Translations under genes and position numbers: made by a program | Notes under the pieces: model-generated | What the model saw: the letters and a program-made list of their open reading frames with translations, nothing else | What the model was told of the DNA's origin: nothing | The model's database searches: none | In this document: one piece after another, positions 1-9,524 of the stretch | Layout: every line of letters starts with the position of its first letter | How positions within the stretch are numbered: the first letter of the stretch is position 1 | Assembly: GCA_965215195.1 (NCBI GenBank) | Contig: CBDCDC010000002.1 | Location: forward strand, 2,048,001-2,112,000 | DNA from: Candidatus Latescibacterota bacterium | Lineage (GTDB): Bacteria; Latescibacterota; UBA2968; UBA8231 | Direction of reading: 5' to 3' | Length of the DNA: 64,000 nucleotides

Positions 1-266
1 AGTTGCACGGAGCGAATATCGAACTAAACGGCGGCGGGGCCTTGGATGGGCTGGTCCACGCGCACTTAGGGTGCTGCATTGACAACACGGATTTCTACGA
101 GTTTTTCGGGGCAACGGCCGACAGCTTGCGGCAGGCTGGGGCGCGGTGGGGTTTGCTCAACGCGCCCTTGCTTGCAGAAGGGCACATCGCGCCCCCGGAT
201 GGGCCGGGTTGGGGCGCGGAGTGGGACGAGGAGAAGTTCGGCTCGCTGGTGGTCGAAGAGCACTGA
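1..266 (+). CDS. Mandelate racemase/muconate lactonizing enzyme (enolase superfamily), C-terminal part; 5' end outside window
   Basis: C-terminal motif GHIAPPDGPGWGAEWDEE typical of MR/MLE C-termini; frame open from the window edge. Confidence 0.7.
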   Translation, partial: LHGANIELNGGGALDGLVHAHLGCCIDNTDFYEFFGATADSLRQAGARWGLLNAPLLAEGHIAPPDGPGWGAEWDEEKFGSLVVEEH

Positions 267-278
267 GATGGAGGACGC

Positions 279-1136
279 ATGAAACGCTGGCAACCCACCC
301 CAGCCCAAGCCCGAGCGTGGGAGGACAAGGGCTATTTCACCGTGCCTCGGGTTGCGACGGCCGACCAAGCGGCCGAGATGCGCGGGGTGATCAAGAACGT
401 CCTGTACACGCCCGAGCCGGAAAACGTCCGCACCGACGCCGACCCCATGGACCCAATGGGCGATACGCCCGAGGCGCGGGCGCAGCGCTTTCGCAAGTTC
501 AACCGCTGGTGCCACACCGCGCCGCTAGTCTGGCACACGGCACACGCCGGGGTGCTGGCACCGCTGGCGCACTATTACTTGGGCGACGATATACTGCTCA
601 AGTTCAGCAGCGTCTTCGTCAAACCGGCCAAGACCGGGGCGGCCACGCCCTGGCACCAAGACAACGGGCTGTGGCGCGATGGCGAGACCGAGCCGTTCAA
701 TGTCTGGATGGCCCTCGACCCGGCCAAACGAGAAAATGGCTGCCTGCAATTCATTCCGGGCAGCCACAAAACCGAGATCGTCGAGCACGTGCTCTACGCC
801 GACAGCATCCACGGCGAGCTGCCGCGGGAGCGGGTCGCGGCCCTAAAGGCCGAGCGCGACGTCGAGCACATTGAACTAGCACCCGGCGATGTAGTCTGCT
901 GGCATAGCAGCTTGTGGCACTATAGCCCGGTCAACCGGAGTCCGCAGAGCCGAATTGGCATTGCCGGCGTGTACACCACGCCCGCTATCGCCGACCGCGC
1001 GCCGCGCACTTGGGGCAATCTCCATTGGGTGATGCGAAAGGGCGCGTTGTGCCAGAATTTTCCAGCGGACGAATACGAAGTCTCTACAAAAGACAAGGCG
1101 CCGCCCGGGCCATTTCCCAAGGCCACTACCCACTGA
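279..1136 (+). CDS. Phytanoyl-CoA dioxygenase (PhyH) family Fe(II)/2OG oxygenase
   Basis: TPWHQD (HxD), NGCLQFIPGSHK, distal WHYS..N.S...R; RBS GGAGG upstream. Confidence 0.92.
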   Translation: MKRWQPTPAQARAWEDKGYFTVPRVATADQAAEMRGVIKNVLYTPEPENVRTDADPMDPMGDTPEARAQRFRKFNRWCHTAPLVWHTAHAGVLAPLAHYYLGDDILLKFSSVFVKPAKTGAATPWHQDNGLWRDGETEPFNVWMALDPAKRENGCLQFIPGSHKTEIVEHVLYADSIHGELPRERVAALKAERDVEHIELAPGDVVCWHSSLWHYSPVNRSPQSRIGIAGVYTTPAIADRAPRTWGNLHWVMRKGALCQNFPADEYEVSTKDKAPPGPFPKATTH

Positions 1137-1145
1137 GCATGCTCT

Positions 1146-4049
1146 ATGTTACGGTTATCTCGATTACTTCTCGTATCTCATCTTTTTGTTATCACCTCTG
1201 TTTCAGTATCTGCCCAGCTCACCATTGAGGGCACCGTTACTGACGAACGAGGTGAGGGTCTGCCTGGTGCCAATGTCATTGTGGTTGGAACGACACTGGG
1301 TACGGCCGCTGATGCCGAGGGCCATTTTACGCTATTGCTGCCGGAACCAGAAGAAGCGACCCTGCTAGAGGCGCGTTCTGTGGGCTATAAATCAGCCAGA
1401 CAAGTTATTCGCCGCGACAACGGTTTGGCAAAAGTACGTTTCGCGCTCACAGTGGATGCACTGCAATTTGATGAAATCGTCGTCACCGGTGTTTCAGTTG
1501 CCGCCAGCAAAAAGCAATTGGGCAATGCCATTTCCACGGTTACTGAGTTGAGCTCTACCGGGGCCACGTCCCTCGACAAGGCACTGACTGGTAAATTTTC
1601 CGGGGCCTTAATTCAGCAAAATTCGGGCAAGCCGGCCGGTGGGACGACCATTCGTTTGCGCGGGACCAGTACGGTTCTCGGCGCGGCCGATCCGCTCTAT
1701 GTCGTGGATGGTGTCATTGTGAGCAATGATTCGCCCGAACTCATCTTACTCGGCGGCGGGGCGCAAAACCGGCTCGTCGATCTAAATCCCAACGATGTAG
1801 AGCGAGTTGAGGTAGTGAAGGGTGCCGCTGCCGCTGCCCTTTACGGCTCGCGTGCCAACAATGGCGTCGTGCAGGTATTCACCAAGCGTGGCTCACAGGG
1901 CAAGCCGCGGATTACCTATACGTCTCGTCTTTCAACGGCAACTGTCCGCAAAACACTAGATGTAAATAGGGCCACCGTAGACAACAGCGGGAATAAGAAT
2001 CCCGATGGCTCCGACGTGCAGCGTTTTGATCATCAGGACTTCATCTTTAGACGCGCCGCCGGAACGGAGCAGTACTTGTCGGTTGCGGGTGGCTCTGGAA
2101 ATACTCGTTATTTTGCCTCTGGTTCCTACCTCGCTGATGAAGGCGTGGTGGAAAATACCTCGTTTCGGCGGATCAGTGGACGGACCCGTATCGACCAAGA
2201 TTTGTCGGGTTGGGCTACCCTGTCTATGGGTGGGAATTTCATATTTAGCGAAAGCGATGACATTCCCAACGGCGGATTAAATTCAAACTATGGTGCTCTG
2301 ACAGGTTTTATTTTTGGCCCTAATACATACGATCCCACGCCCGATGCATTGGGTGTTTACCCAAGCGATGGAGTCCTCGCCAATCCATTAGAGGTCGTCG
2401 AGCGATATGATTTTAATCAAGAGGTCACCCGCTATATTGGAAATGCACAGTTAACCGTAGCTCCGCTATCTGGCTTGAGTATTGACTATACTTTGGGAGT
2501 CGATTCCTACGATCAAACGGCCCTAGCCTTTATACCGGCCGGCACATCCGCACCGGGCTTGGCAAATGGTCTTTCTCGAAGGGGTGTGTTCGACTTCTTA
2601 CAACTCAATAATGATGTCAATATAAGCTACCAGCGCAGCATGTCCTCTCAGGTACAGTCAACCACCCTTGTCGGCGGGACGCTACAGTACGAAAAAGGAG
2701 AAAACTTCAGTGCCGAAGCCAAGGATCTAAGTCCCGTTGCAGAAACCGTAGCAAGCGGTGCGACTGTGGTCGCCGGCGAGTTTAGAAGTGAGCGAGCCAT
2801 TTATGGTGTATTTGCCCAGCAGACCGTTGGGATTGCCAACCGATTTTTTTTCACAGGCGCTGCTCGCGTCGACGCCTCTTCAGTATACGACGCGGATAAC
2901 CGCTGGCAATTTTATCCAAAGGCGAGTGCTTCATATCTCATTTCAGAGGCCGGCTTCTGGCAAAATAGCGCACTGCAAAACATTCTTGCGGCTTGCAAGT
3001 TGCGAGCTGCTATAGGAACTTCGGGTGGTCAGACGGCGATTGGCGCGTACGACCGCTTCACCAACTACAATGCCTCCTCTTATGACGGCAACCCCGGGTT
3101 GGTCCCGAGCACTCAGATCGGCGGGGCGATCAAACCCGAAAGGCAGCGAGAAATAGAAGTAGGTGCGGATTTTAGTCTCCTATCCAATCGCCTCGGGCTG
3201 GAACTGACATACTACGATCAGCACATCGACGACTTGTTGTTATTCCGCACGTTGTCGCCGTCCACAGGTCACTTGCGGATCTTGCAGAATGTAGGTGCGA
3301 TGGATAACGCCGGGCTGGAACTTCTCGTCCGTGCGATTCCGCTTGAACGTCCTGCTCTGCGCTGGGAATCGACCTTCACTTATTTGGCTAACAAAAATAA
3401 CGTCAGTGGAATCGAGGGCGAGCGGTTGATCATACCAAATTCGTTTAGCCAAGTGTCAGCCATCAACGGGGAACCACTCGGAGTTTTCTTCAGCACGGCA
3501 TTTGAACGCGACGACAATGGGAATATCGCACTCGATGCAGACGCGCTCCCGCTTCGAGCGGCTGAGCGCAAAATTATTGGCGACCCCAACCCGGACTTTA
3601 CCGCTTCACTTATCAACGAGGTTACAGTGGGTCGGAACTGGTCATTGCGCGCTCAATTAGACGCCATCGTAGGGGGCGATGTATTTAACTTTACCCGCCG
3701 CTTGGCCGCTGCGGGATCGTTCGGCGTTTTGACGGATTATGAACGCGAGTTAAATGGCGAACTCCCTGCTGGCTATAATTCGCGGGTCTTCCGAATTTTT
3801 GAGCACTGGGTCGAGGATGGCTCCTTTGTGAAGTTGCGCGAACTGTCGGCGTCTTATCTATGGCAGCTAGGGAAGGCGAATAGTATTCGATTTAGCCTAG
3901 TTGGACGCAATTTGTTTTCCATAGATGACTACAGCGGGTACGATCCAGAAACCAACGTCGCGGGACAGCGCACAGCAGTGCGCGGATTTGATTTTGTCGA
4001 AGTGCCAATTCCACGTAGTTTTTCATTCAGTGTAAGCCTTAACTACTAG
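1146..4049 (+). CDS. SusC/RagA family TonB-dependent outer membrane transporter
   Basis: Signal peptide, CarboxypepD-like N-domain (GTVTDERGEGLPGANV), plug motifs PLYVVDGV and VEVVKGAAAAALYGSRANNGVV, SusC-type C-terminus (VEDGSFVKLRE...YSGYDPE). Confidence 0.95.
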   Translation: MLRLSRLLLVSHLFVITSVSVSAQLTIEGTVTDERGEGLPGANVIVVGTTLGTAADAEGHFTLLLPEPEEATLLEARSVGYKSARQVIRRDNGLAKVRFALTVDALQFDEIVVTGVSVAASKKQLGNAISTVTELSSTGATSLDKALTGKFSGALIQQNSGKPAGGTTIRLRGTSTVLGAADPLYVVDGVIVSNDSPELILLGGGAQNRLVDLNPNDVERVEVVKGAAAAALYGSRANNGVVQVFTKRGSQGKPRITYTSRLSTATVRKTLDVNRATVDNSGNKNPDGSDVQRFDHQDFIFRRAAGTEQYLSVAGGSGNTRYFASGSYLADEGVVENTSFRRISGRTRIDQDLSGWATLSMGGNFIFSESDDIPNGGLNSNYGALTGFIFGPNTYDPTPDALGVYPSDGVLANPLEVVERYDFNQEVTRYIGNAQLTVAPLSGLSIDYTLGVDSYDQTALAFIPAGTSAPGLANGLSRRGVFDFLQLNNDVNISYQRSMSSQVQSTTLVGGTLQYEKGENFSAEAKDLSPVAETVASGATVVAGEFRSERAIYGVFAQQTVGIANRFFFTGAARVDASSVYDADNRWQFYPKASASYLISEAGFWQNSALQNILAACKLRAAIGTSGGQTAIGAYDRFTNYNASSYDGNPGLVPSTQIGGAIKPERQREIEVGADFSLLSNRLGLELTYYDQHIDDLLLFRTLSPSTGHLRILQNVGAMDNAGLELLVRAIPLERPALRWESTFTYLANKNNVSGIEGERLIIPNSFSQVSAINGEPLGVFFSTAFERDDNGNIALDADALPLRAAERKIIGDPNPDFTASLINEVTVGRNWSLRAQLDAIVGGDVFNFTRRLAAAGSFGVLTDYERELNGELPAGYNSRVFRIFEHWVEDGSFVKLRELSASYLWQLGKANSIRFSLVGRNLFSIDDYSGYDPETNVAGQRTAVRGFDFVEVPIPRSFSFSVSLNY

Positions 4050-4267
4050 AAGCGGTCTGAAAATTCCGCGAACCGTCCCTTGTGTGCAGCAAACAATCGA
4101 GGATCGAGGGCGTCTCGCCCTAGGGTCAGTTTATGCCGTTAGACAGCTCCCCATCGGTGCAGCAAACAATCGAGGATCGAGGGCGTCTCGCCCTCGAAAA
4201 ACGCGCCATCCGAGAGCCTCTCAACCGCTACTCAGCGCGGTCCGCCGAGGGTTTGCAGACCGCTTCT
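4048..4267. mobile_element. MITE/REP-like element copy 1
   Basis: 12-bp perfect terminal inverted repeat AGAAGCGGTCTG/CAGACCGCTTCT; internal palindrome TCGAGGGCG-TCT-CGCCCTCGA; left end matches the reverse complement of 60578-60619; overlaps the SusC TAG stop. Confidence 0.75.
4084..4194 (+). repeat. 38-bp direct repeat pair (4084-4121, 4157-4194) separated by 35 bp of unique sequence
   Basis: GTGCAGCAAACAATCGAGGATCGAGGGCGTCTCGCCCT occurs twice exactly. Confidence 0.9.
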
Positions 4268-4383
4268 AAGACGCGCGTCGGGTGTCAGGTATCAGTGGCC
4301 GGTCCCGGGGGACGCTTCACCAGCCCACGAACTACGAAGCTAGCACCAGAATTTTAAGAAGGCTGCTAAACGAGAAAAAGAGA

Positions 4384-5697
4384 ATGACGACGTCAAATCA
4401 CTTGGAGATAGCAATTGTTTCTGGATTGCTGTTTTTGGGCGCATTCGGTTGCGATCTGAATATATCGAATCCAAACCAAGCTTTCGAAGAGCAGGTCTTG
4501 AGGACCAGCGTTGGCATCAAAGCCTTGGCCATTGGAATGCAACGAGATTACGCAAGTAATAATGTCGATTCTTATGTTCGTCATCCGGCAATTACAAGCC
4601 GCGAGCTTGCGGCAAATACGACGTTTTCCAATCTCGTAGAATTAGAGGATGGCCTCGATGCGTTATCCGGGGCCAACAGCGCGGTCAGTGCTATTTGGTT
4701 TGATTCATATCGCGTAATCGGCATGGCCGACGATTTGATCGGCAACGCGCCTAAGGTGCCACTCGCAGAGGGTACGCGCAGCGGCATTTTGGCACTGGCT
4801 CACCTCTACAAAGCGATGTGTCTGGGATTTGTAGCGCAGGCTTTTGAACGAGCACCGCTAGATGTACAGGCCGATGGACGAGCACCTTTCGCGTTGCGAA
4901 CTGAACTATTTGCCGAGGCGATTCGATTGTTAGACCATGCGCTGCAAACCATAACTGCCACCCCGCCATCCGCTGAATTCAACTCAGCTATCTTGGGAAG
5001 CGGTTTCGATCTCGTCAACACGATCCACGCTTATCGGGCGCGCTATAGCTTGTTTTCGGGGAACTACCAAGCCGCAATTGAGGCCGCCAATGCCGTCGAC
5101 CCGTGGGCGACTTCTGTCTATACTTACGATGCGGAAAATCAAAATCCCATTTACACACAAGTTCTTGTTTTCGACGACTATGCTCCGAGAGACAATTTCG
5201 GGATTCTGGGCGCGGACAGCGCCGATGCGAGACTTGCATTTTACTTGGTTCCCAATGATAGGACGAGCAATCCTAATGACTTTCCGGTTGAAAGTTTAGC
5301 CGGCTTTTGGAGCACAGCAACTTCGCCTATTCCGGCCTACCTACCCGGCGAAATGGCTTTGACGCGGGCAGAGGCAAACGCGATGTTGGGAAATGTTGCA
5401 GAGGCGATCGCTGACATCGACGCTATTCGCACAAAAATACCCGCTCAAGACCCTCATGGAATTGGGGCGTCGTTGCCTCCCTACAGTGGCCCACAAACGG
5501 CCGCTGCTGTGATGGACGAGATCTTTCGTCAGCGCCGAGCAGAACTGTTCCTGCATGGTACTGGATGGGAAGACAGCCGACGCCTCGCTCAGCCCGGCCC
5601 ATCGTCCGACCCATTTGAACGAAATCGAAATTTCTACCCCCATGCAGACCAAGAGAGGTTAAACAACCGCAATACGCCAGCCGATCCTGCAAATTAA
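4384..5697 (+). CDS. SusD/RagB family lipoprotein
   Basis: Lipobox FG-C after a hydrophobic stretch from ATG 4384; C-terminal IFRQRRAELFLHGTGWEDSRR matches the SusD motif; directly downstream of SusC. Confidence 0.88.
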   Translation: MTTSNHLEIAIVSGLLFLGAFGCDLNISNPNQAFEEQVLRTSVGIKALAIGMQRDYASNNVDSYVRHPAITSRELAANTTFSNLVELEDGLDALSGANSAVSAIWFDSYRVIGMADDLIGNAPKVPLAEGTRSGILALAHLYKAMCLGFVAQAFERAPLDVQADGRAPFALRTELFAEAIRLLDHALQTITATPPSAEFNSAILGSGFDLVNTIHAYRARYSLFSGNYQAAIEAANAVDPWATSVYTYDAENQNPIYTQVLVFDDYAPRDNFGILGADSADARLAFYLVPNDRTSNPNDFPVESLAGFWSTATSPIPAYLPGEMALTRAEANAMLGNVAEAIADIDAIRTKIPAQDPHGIGASLPPYSGPQTAAAVMDEIFRQRRAELFLHGTGWEDSRRLAQPGPSSDPFERNRNFYPHADQERLNNRNTPADPAN

Positions 5698-5728
5698 CTA
5701 CGAGGTAACACAAAAAGGAGGATGCAGA

Positions 5729-6634
5729 ATGAGCGAAGCTTATGTCGTCGATAAGAACTTAGGGCAGCCGTTGCTTTTGGAGGAAGGCGACCTGCCGCAA
5801 AAAAACGCCAACGGCGAGCGGGTCGTCGAGCTGACCGACGAGCAGAAGTATCTCTTTGATGTGCGCGGGTGGCTCTTGCTGCCGGGGGTATTGGCCGATG
5901 ACGAGATTGAGACCATGCGCGAGTACGCATTGCGCGTACAGCACCGCCCGCAGTCGCTGCCGGCGCACGAACGTTCCTTTGTGGCTGGGCCGCTGGAGAA
6001 GCTGACCGATCATCCGGTTGTAGTGGGCTTCCTCAACGAGTTTCTGGCGTTCCCAGGGCTGTCGAGTGCCGAGTGCTACGGATTTCGCATGGAGGGCAGC
6101 GGCTTGCGCAACCCAGCGGCGACCCCCGAGCGGGAAGGCGTTTTCAACCCGCACAACGGCAGCGGTTTCTTCCGCTTTGCCGTGGATTCGCATCACTACC
6201 AGAGCATTCCCGGCAAATCCTTTAGCGGGTTGACGCGGGTAGTGTGGGAGCTAGCACCAGTCAAAATGAGACAGGGCGGCACGCTCTTAGCCACCGGCAG
6301 CCACAAGGCCGCCTATCCCGCGCCCGCCGCCATTCAGGACCCGCATTCGGCCGTGTGGGAAACTTATGAGTGCCCGGCCGGGTCGGTGTTGTTTTTTACC
6401 GAGGCCCTAGCGCACAGCACTTCTCCGTGGACCAATGCCGACAACGAGCGGGTGGGCATATTCAACCTCTACAATAGCGTCGGCTCACGCTGGAGCTCGT
6501 GGTCGCCGCCGGCCCAACTCGTCGCGCAGATGCCGCCGATGCGGCAGACTCTCTTTCGCGGAACGTATTGCGCCGACAACGTGCCGGGCTTCCGCTACGG
6601 GGGCCAGAACCAGCGGGATCGGCCGGTCGCCTAA
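5729..6634 (+). CDS. PhyH-like Fe(II)/2OG oxygenase with a non-canonical metal motif
   Basis: QKYLFDVRGW, GGTLLATGSHKA, AGSVLFFTEALAHS; HNG in place of HxD. Confidence 0.78.
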   Translation: MSEAYVVDKNLGQPLLLEEGDLPQKNANGERVVELTDEQKYLFDVRGWLLLPGVLADDEIETMREYALRVQHRPQSLPAHERSFVAGPLEKLTDHPVVVGFLNEFLAFPGLSSAECYGFRMEGSGLRNPAATPEREGVFNPHNGSGFFRFAVDSHHYQSIPGKSFSGLTRVVWELAPVKMRQGGTLLATGSHKAAYPAPAAIQDPHSAVWETYECPAGSVLFFTEALAHSTSPWTNADNERVGIFNLYNSVGSRWSSWSPPAQLVAQMPPMRQTLFRGTYCADNVPGFRYGGQNQRDRPVA

Positions 6635-6646
6635 AGGAAGCGGCTG

Positions 6647-7660
6647 ATGTACATCCAAGACCAAGTTTCCAGCGGCGAACTCGACGACGAGCATCTGAGT
6701 TTCTTTCGCGCGCTCGGGGTGGACTCAATCCATCTGGAGTTGCGCGGGGGAGTGCCCGCTGCCGGGCGTCGGGGCGGTACTGGCTCGGCGAATACGTCGC
6801 TGGCGCAGGATTTAAGAGCCGGCAAGGACTGCACCGACGCGTTGATACAGGCGCGGGAAAAGGTTGAGGCGCACGGTATGACGCTGAACAATATCTTCAT
6901 GCCCGCTTGGGAGGAGATTACCTTGGCCGAGGAGGACATGGACGAGAAGATCGGCCACTGGTGCAAGATGCTAGAGAGTGTGGGCCGAGCCGGCATTCCC
7001 TGCGTGGGCTGGAACTTCAAACCCATGGGCAACTTTCGCACCCCGGCGGATACGGGTAGGGGCGGTGTGCAATACAGTACATTCGACTACGCAGTGTTTG
7101 CTCAAAACCGGCCCGCACCGCACGAACCCCCGGTGGACGAGGCGCAGATGTGGGCGCGGATGGAGCGATTTTTAGCGGCGGCGATCCCCGCAGCCGAAAA
7201 GGCGGGGGTGCGGATGGCCCTGCACCCGGACGACCCGCCGATTCCCGAGCCGCTAGGGGGCGTGGCGCAGATTTGTTCGACCCTAGAGCAGTTCCGCAAG
7301 ACCTTCTTCGAAATCGCGCCGAGCGACAGCAATTGCATGCTCTTTTGCCAGGGGTGCATGACCGAGTTGCTGGGGCCAGTGAAGATCTACGACGCAATCG
7401 CCGAGATGGCTGCAAAAGGCAAAATTGCTTGGGTGCATTTCCGCAATGTGCGCGGGCAGTTGCCGCGATTTACCGAGGTGTTCGTGGACGAGGGAGAAGT
7501 GGATATGCGGCGAGCGATGGAGGTCTATCGCGATAATGGATTTAATGGGCCGTATATGATGGACCACACGCCGTCTTTTGCCCATGGGTACGGGCCGTTG
7601 TACGGCAAGGCGTATGCTATTGGGTATATTCGGGCGTTGATACAGATGGTGTACGGATAA
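6647..7660 (+). CDS. Mannonate dehydratase (UxuA) family protein
   Basis: MALHPDDPP, FCQGC, VHFRNVRG, MMDHTP, AYAIGYIRAL motifs. Confidence 0.88.
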   Translation: MYIQDQVSSGELDDEHLSFFRALGVDSIHLELRGGVPAAGRRGGTGSANTSLAQDLRAGKDCTDALIQAREKVEAHGMTLNNIFMPAWEEITLAEEDMDEKIGHWCKMLESVGRAGIPCVGWNFKPMGNFRTPADTGRGGVQYSTFDYAVFAQNRPAPHEPPVDEAQMWARMERFLAAAIPAAEKAGVRMALHPDDPPIPEPLGGVAQICSTLEQFRKTFFEIAPSDSNCMLFCQGCMTELLGPVKIYDAIAEMAAKGKIAWVHFRNVRGQLPRFTEVFVDEGEVDMRRAMEVYRDNGFNGPYMMDHTPSFAHGYGPLYGKAYAIGYIRALIQMVYG

Positions 7661-7680
7661 GCTAACTTGGAGGAGAGACT

Positions 7681-8541
7681 ATGCCAGTATTGAGCAAAGA
7701 AGATTGGGCCTTCTGGGAAGAGAACGGCTATGTGATCGTCCACAACGCCGTGCCCGAGGAAAACTTGGACGCAATGGTCGCGGCGATCTGGGAATTTCTG
7801 GAGATGGACCCAGGATGCGAAGAGGATTGGTACAAGTACCAGCCCTATACCCGCGACAATCTGTGCTCGCCCATATCAGCGGCGGGCATGGTCGAAATCT
7901 ACCAGCACCAAGCTCTGTGGGACAATCGGCAATACCCCAAGGTGCATCAGGCTTTTGCCGAGATCTGGGGCGACGAGAAGCTGTGGGTCTCGCTGGATCG
8001 GGCCAATATGAAACCACCGGCGCGCGAAGATCGGCCCGAATGGTGTAACAAGGGAATGATTCACTGGGATGTCGATACGGCGCGGCAGCCGGTGTCCTTT
8101 GGGGTGCAGGGGGTGCTGTATTTGAAGGATACGGCAGAGGACCAAGGCGGTTTCCAGTGCGTACCCGGCTTTCATCGGATGTTCGACGAATGGGTTAAGA
8201 CCCAGCCGGCGGATCGCAATACGCGCAAACCCAATCTGACAGGGCTGACGGTCCAGTCGATTGCGGGCCAAGCCGGAGATCTGCTGATCTGGCATCGATT
8301 GCTGGCCCACGGCAACGGCCACAATCGGTCCGACCGGCCGCGCTTGGCGCAGTATATCACCATGTCCCCGGCCCCCGCAACCGGAGAAGCCGCACGCGAG
8401 GCGCGGATCTCGGCTTGGCAGGAGCGGCGACCAACGCCGGGCTGGCCCGGCGATGCGCGGGATTGGGAACACCAGCATCAGCAGCCAGCCGAGTTGACCT
8501 CCCTAGGGCGGAAGCTCTTGGGGGCGGACTCGTGGAATTAA
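7681..8541 (+). CDS. PhyH family dioxygenase
   Basis: IHWD (HxD), GGFQCVPGFH, GDLLIWHRLLAHGNGHN...R. Confidence 0.9.
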   Translation: MPVLSKEDWAFWEENGYVIVHNAVPEENLDAMVAAIWEFLEMDPGCEEDWYKYQPYTRDNLCSPISAAGMVEIYQHQALWDNRQYPKVHQAFAEIWGDEKLWVSLDRANMKPPAREDRPEWCNKGMIHWDVDTARQPVSFGVQGVLYLKDTAEDQGGFQCVPGFHRMFDEWVKTQPADRNTRKPNLTGLTVQSIAGQAGDLLIWHRLLAHGNGHNRSDRPRLAQYITMSPAPATGEAAREARISAWQERRPTPGWPGDARDWEHQHQQPAELTSLGRKLLGADSWN

Positions 8542-8562
8542 AACCTTTTCAGGAGCAATTCG

Positions 8563-9444
8563 ATGAGTACAAAAATCAACCGCGCCGTCGCACTCCTCGC
8601 CGAGGATCAGCCAATCTACTACACAGGTGCCCACGCCGGGCACGTGCTGACCTACGAGCAGGGCCAAGAGGACGCTGGAACTTGGGCCGACTACATCAAT
8701 GTCGGCATGGAACACGGTTCGTTCGACATGGCTGGTTTGGACGAGTACCTGCGCGGCTTAATCGCCGGCGGGCCGACGCGCAGCGGGCACCGGACGCCGG
8801 CGATCATCGTCGAGGCCCCGGTCGAAGGCCGGTCCGCGGAAATCGTGCGCTACAACGCTTGGCAGTTTCGGCAGATCTTGGGCCGGGGCGCACACGGGAT
8901 TCTGCTTTGCCAAGCCGAATCGGCCGCAGCCGTCCGGGCCTTTGTCGAGGCGTGCCGCTATCCGGTCAACACCATCGGCGTTGGCCCAGACTTGGGCCGG
9001 GGTACGCGCGGCGTCGGCTCAGAGGGAGTGTGTGCGGGCGTGTGGGGCGCGAACCGCAACGAGTATCTGGCCAAGGCCGATCCTTGGCCGCTCAACCCGG
9101 AAGGCGAGCTGCTTTTGGGGCTAAAGATTGAGTCGGTGGCGGCCCTGCCCCACATCGAGGAAATCCTGTCCGTGCCCGGGATCGGCTTTGCCGAGATGGG
9201 ACCGGGCGACTTGAGCCTTTCGCTGGGATATCGGACGATGCCGCAGCCATGGCCCGAAGAGATGCAGGAGACGCACGAGCGGGTCAAGGCCGCGTGTCGG
9301 CAAAACAGCGTGGCCTTTTTGGACGGGGCTACACCCGAAACCGTCGCAGAGAAAATTGACGCTGGGGCGCGGGTGATCTCTGGGGGACGCGAAGAAACGG
9401 CCCGGGTGGGGCGAGCGCATACGCGGCGAGAGATGCCGGTGTAG
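8563..9444 (+). CDS. HpcH/HpaI aldolase/citrate lyase family protein
   Basis: MEHG, LKIES, EMGPGDLSLSLG motifs. Confidence 0.85.
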   Translation: MSTKINRAVALLAEDQPIYYTGAHAGHVLTYEQGQEDAGTWADYINVGMEHGSFDMAGLDEYLRGLIAGGPTRSGHRTPAIIVEAPVEGRSAEIVRYNAWQFRQILGRGAHGILLCQAESAAAVRAFVEACRYPVNTIGVGPDLGRGTRGVGSEGVCAGVWGANRNEYLAKADPWPLNPEGELLLGLKIESVAALPHIEEILSVPGIGFAEMGPGDLSLSLGYRTMPQPWPEEMQETHERVKAACRQNSVAFLDGATPETVAEKIDAGARVISGGREETARVGRAHTRREMPV

Positions 9445-9524
9445 CGCAGAACGGTTGCGTTCGCCCCTTGTCAATTTTGCGAGACAGATTCCAAGGATAT
9501 GCAAATGTACATTGGAATAGTACC

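Noticed and set aside
4084-4194. Bona fide CRISPR array
   Set aside because: Only two repeats, no leader or cas genes, and the repeat is part of a dispersed element; kept only as a finding
4282-4383. Extended N-termini in the ORF track (SusD; likewise 9468, 17278, 18263, 45659, 54427, 58971)
   Set aside because: Downstream ATGs have better RBSs or signal peptides and match family starts
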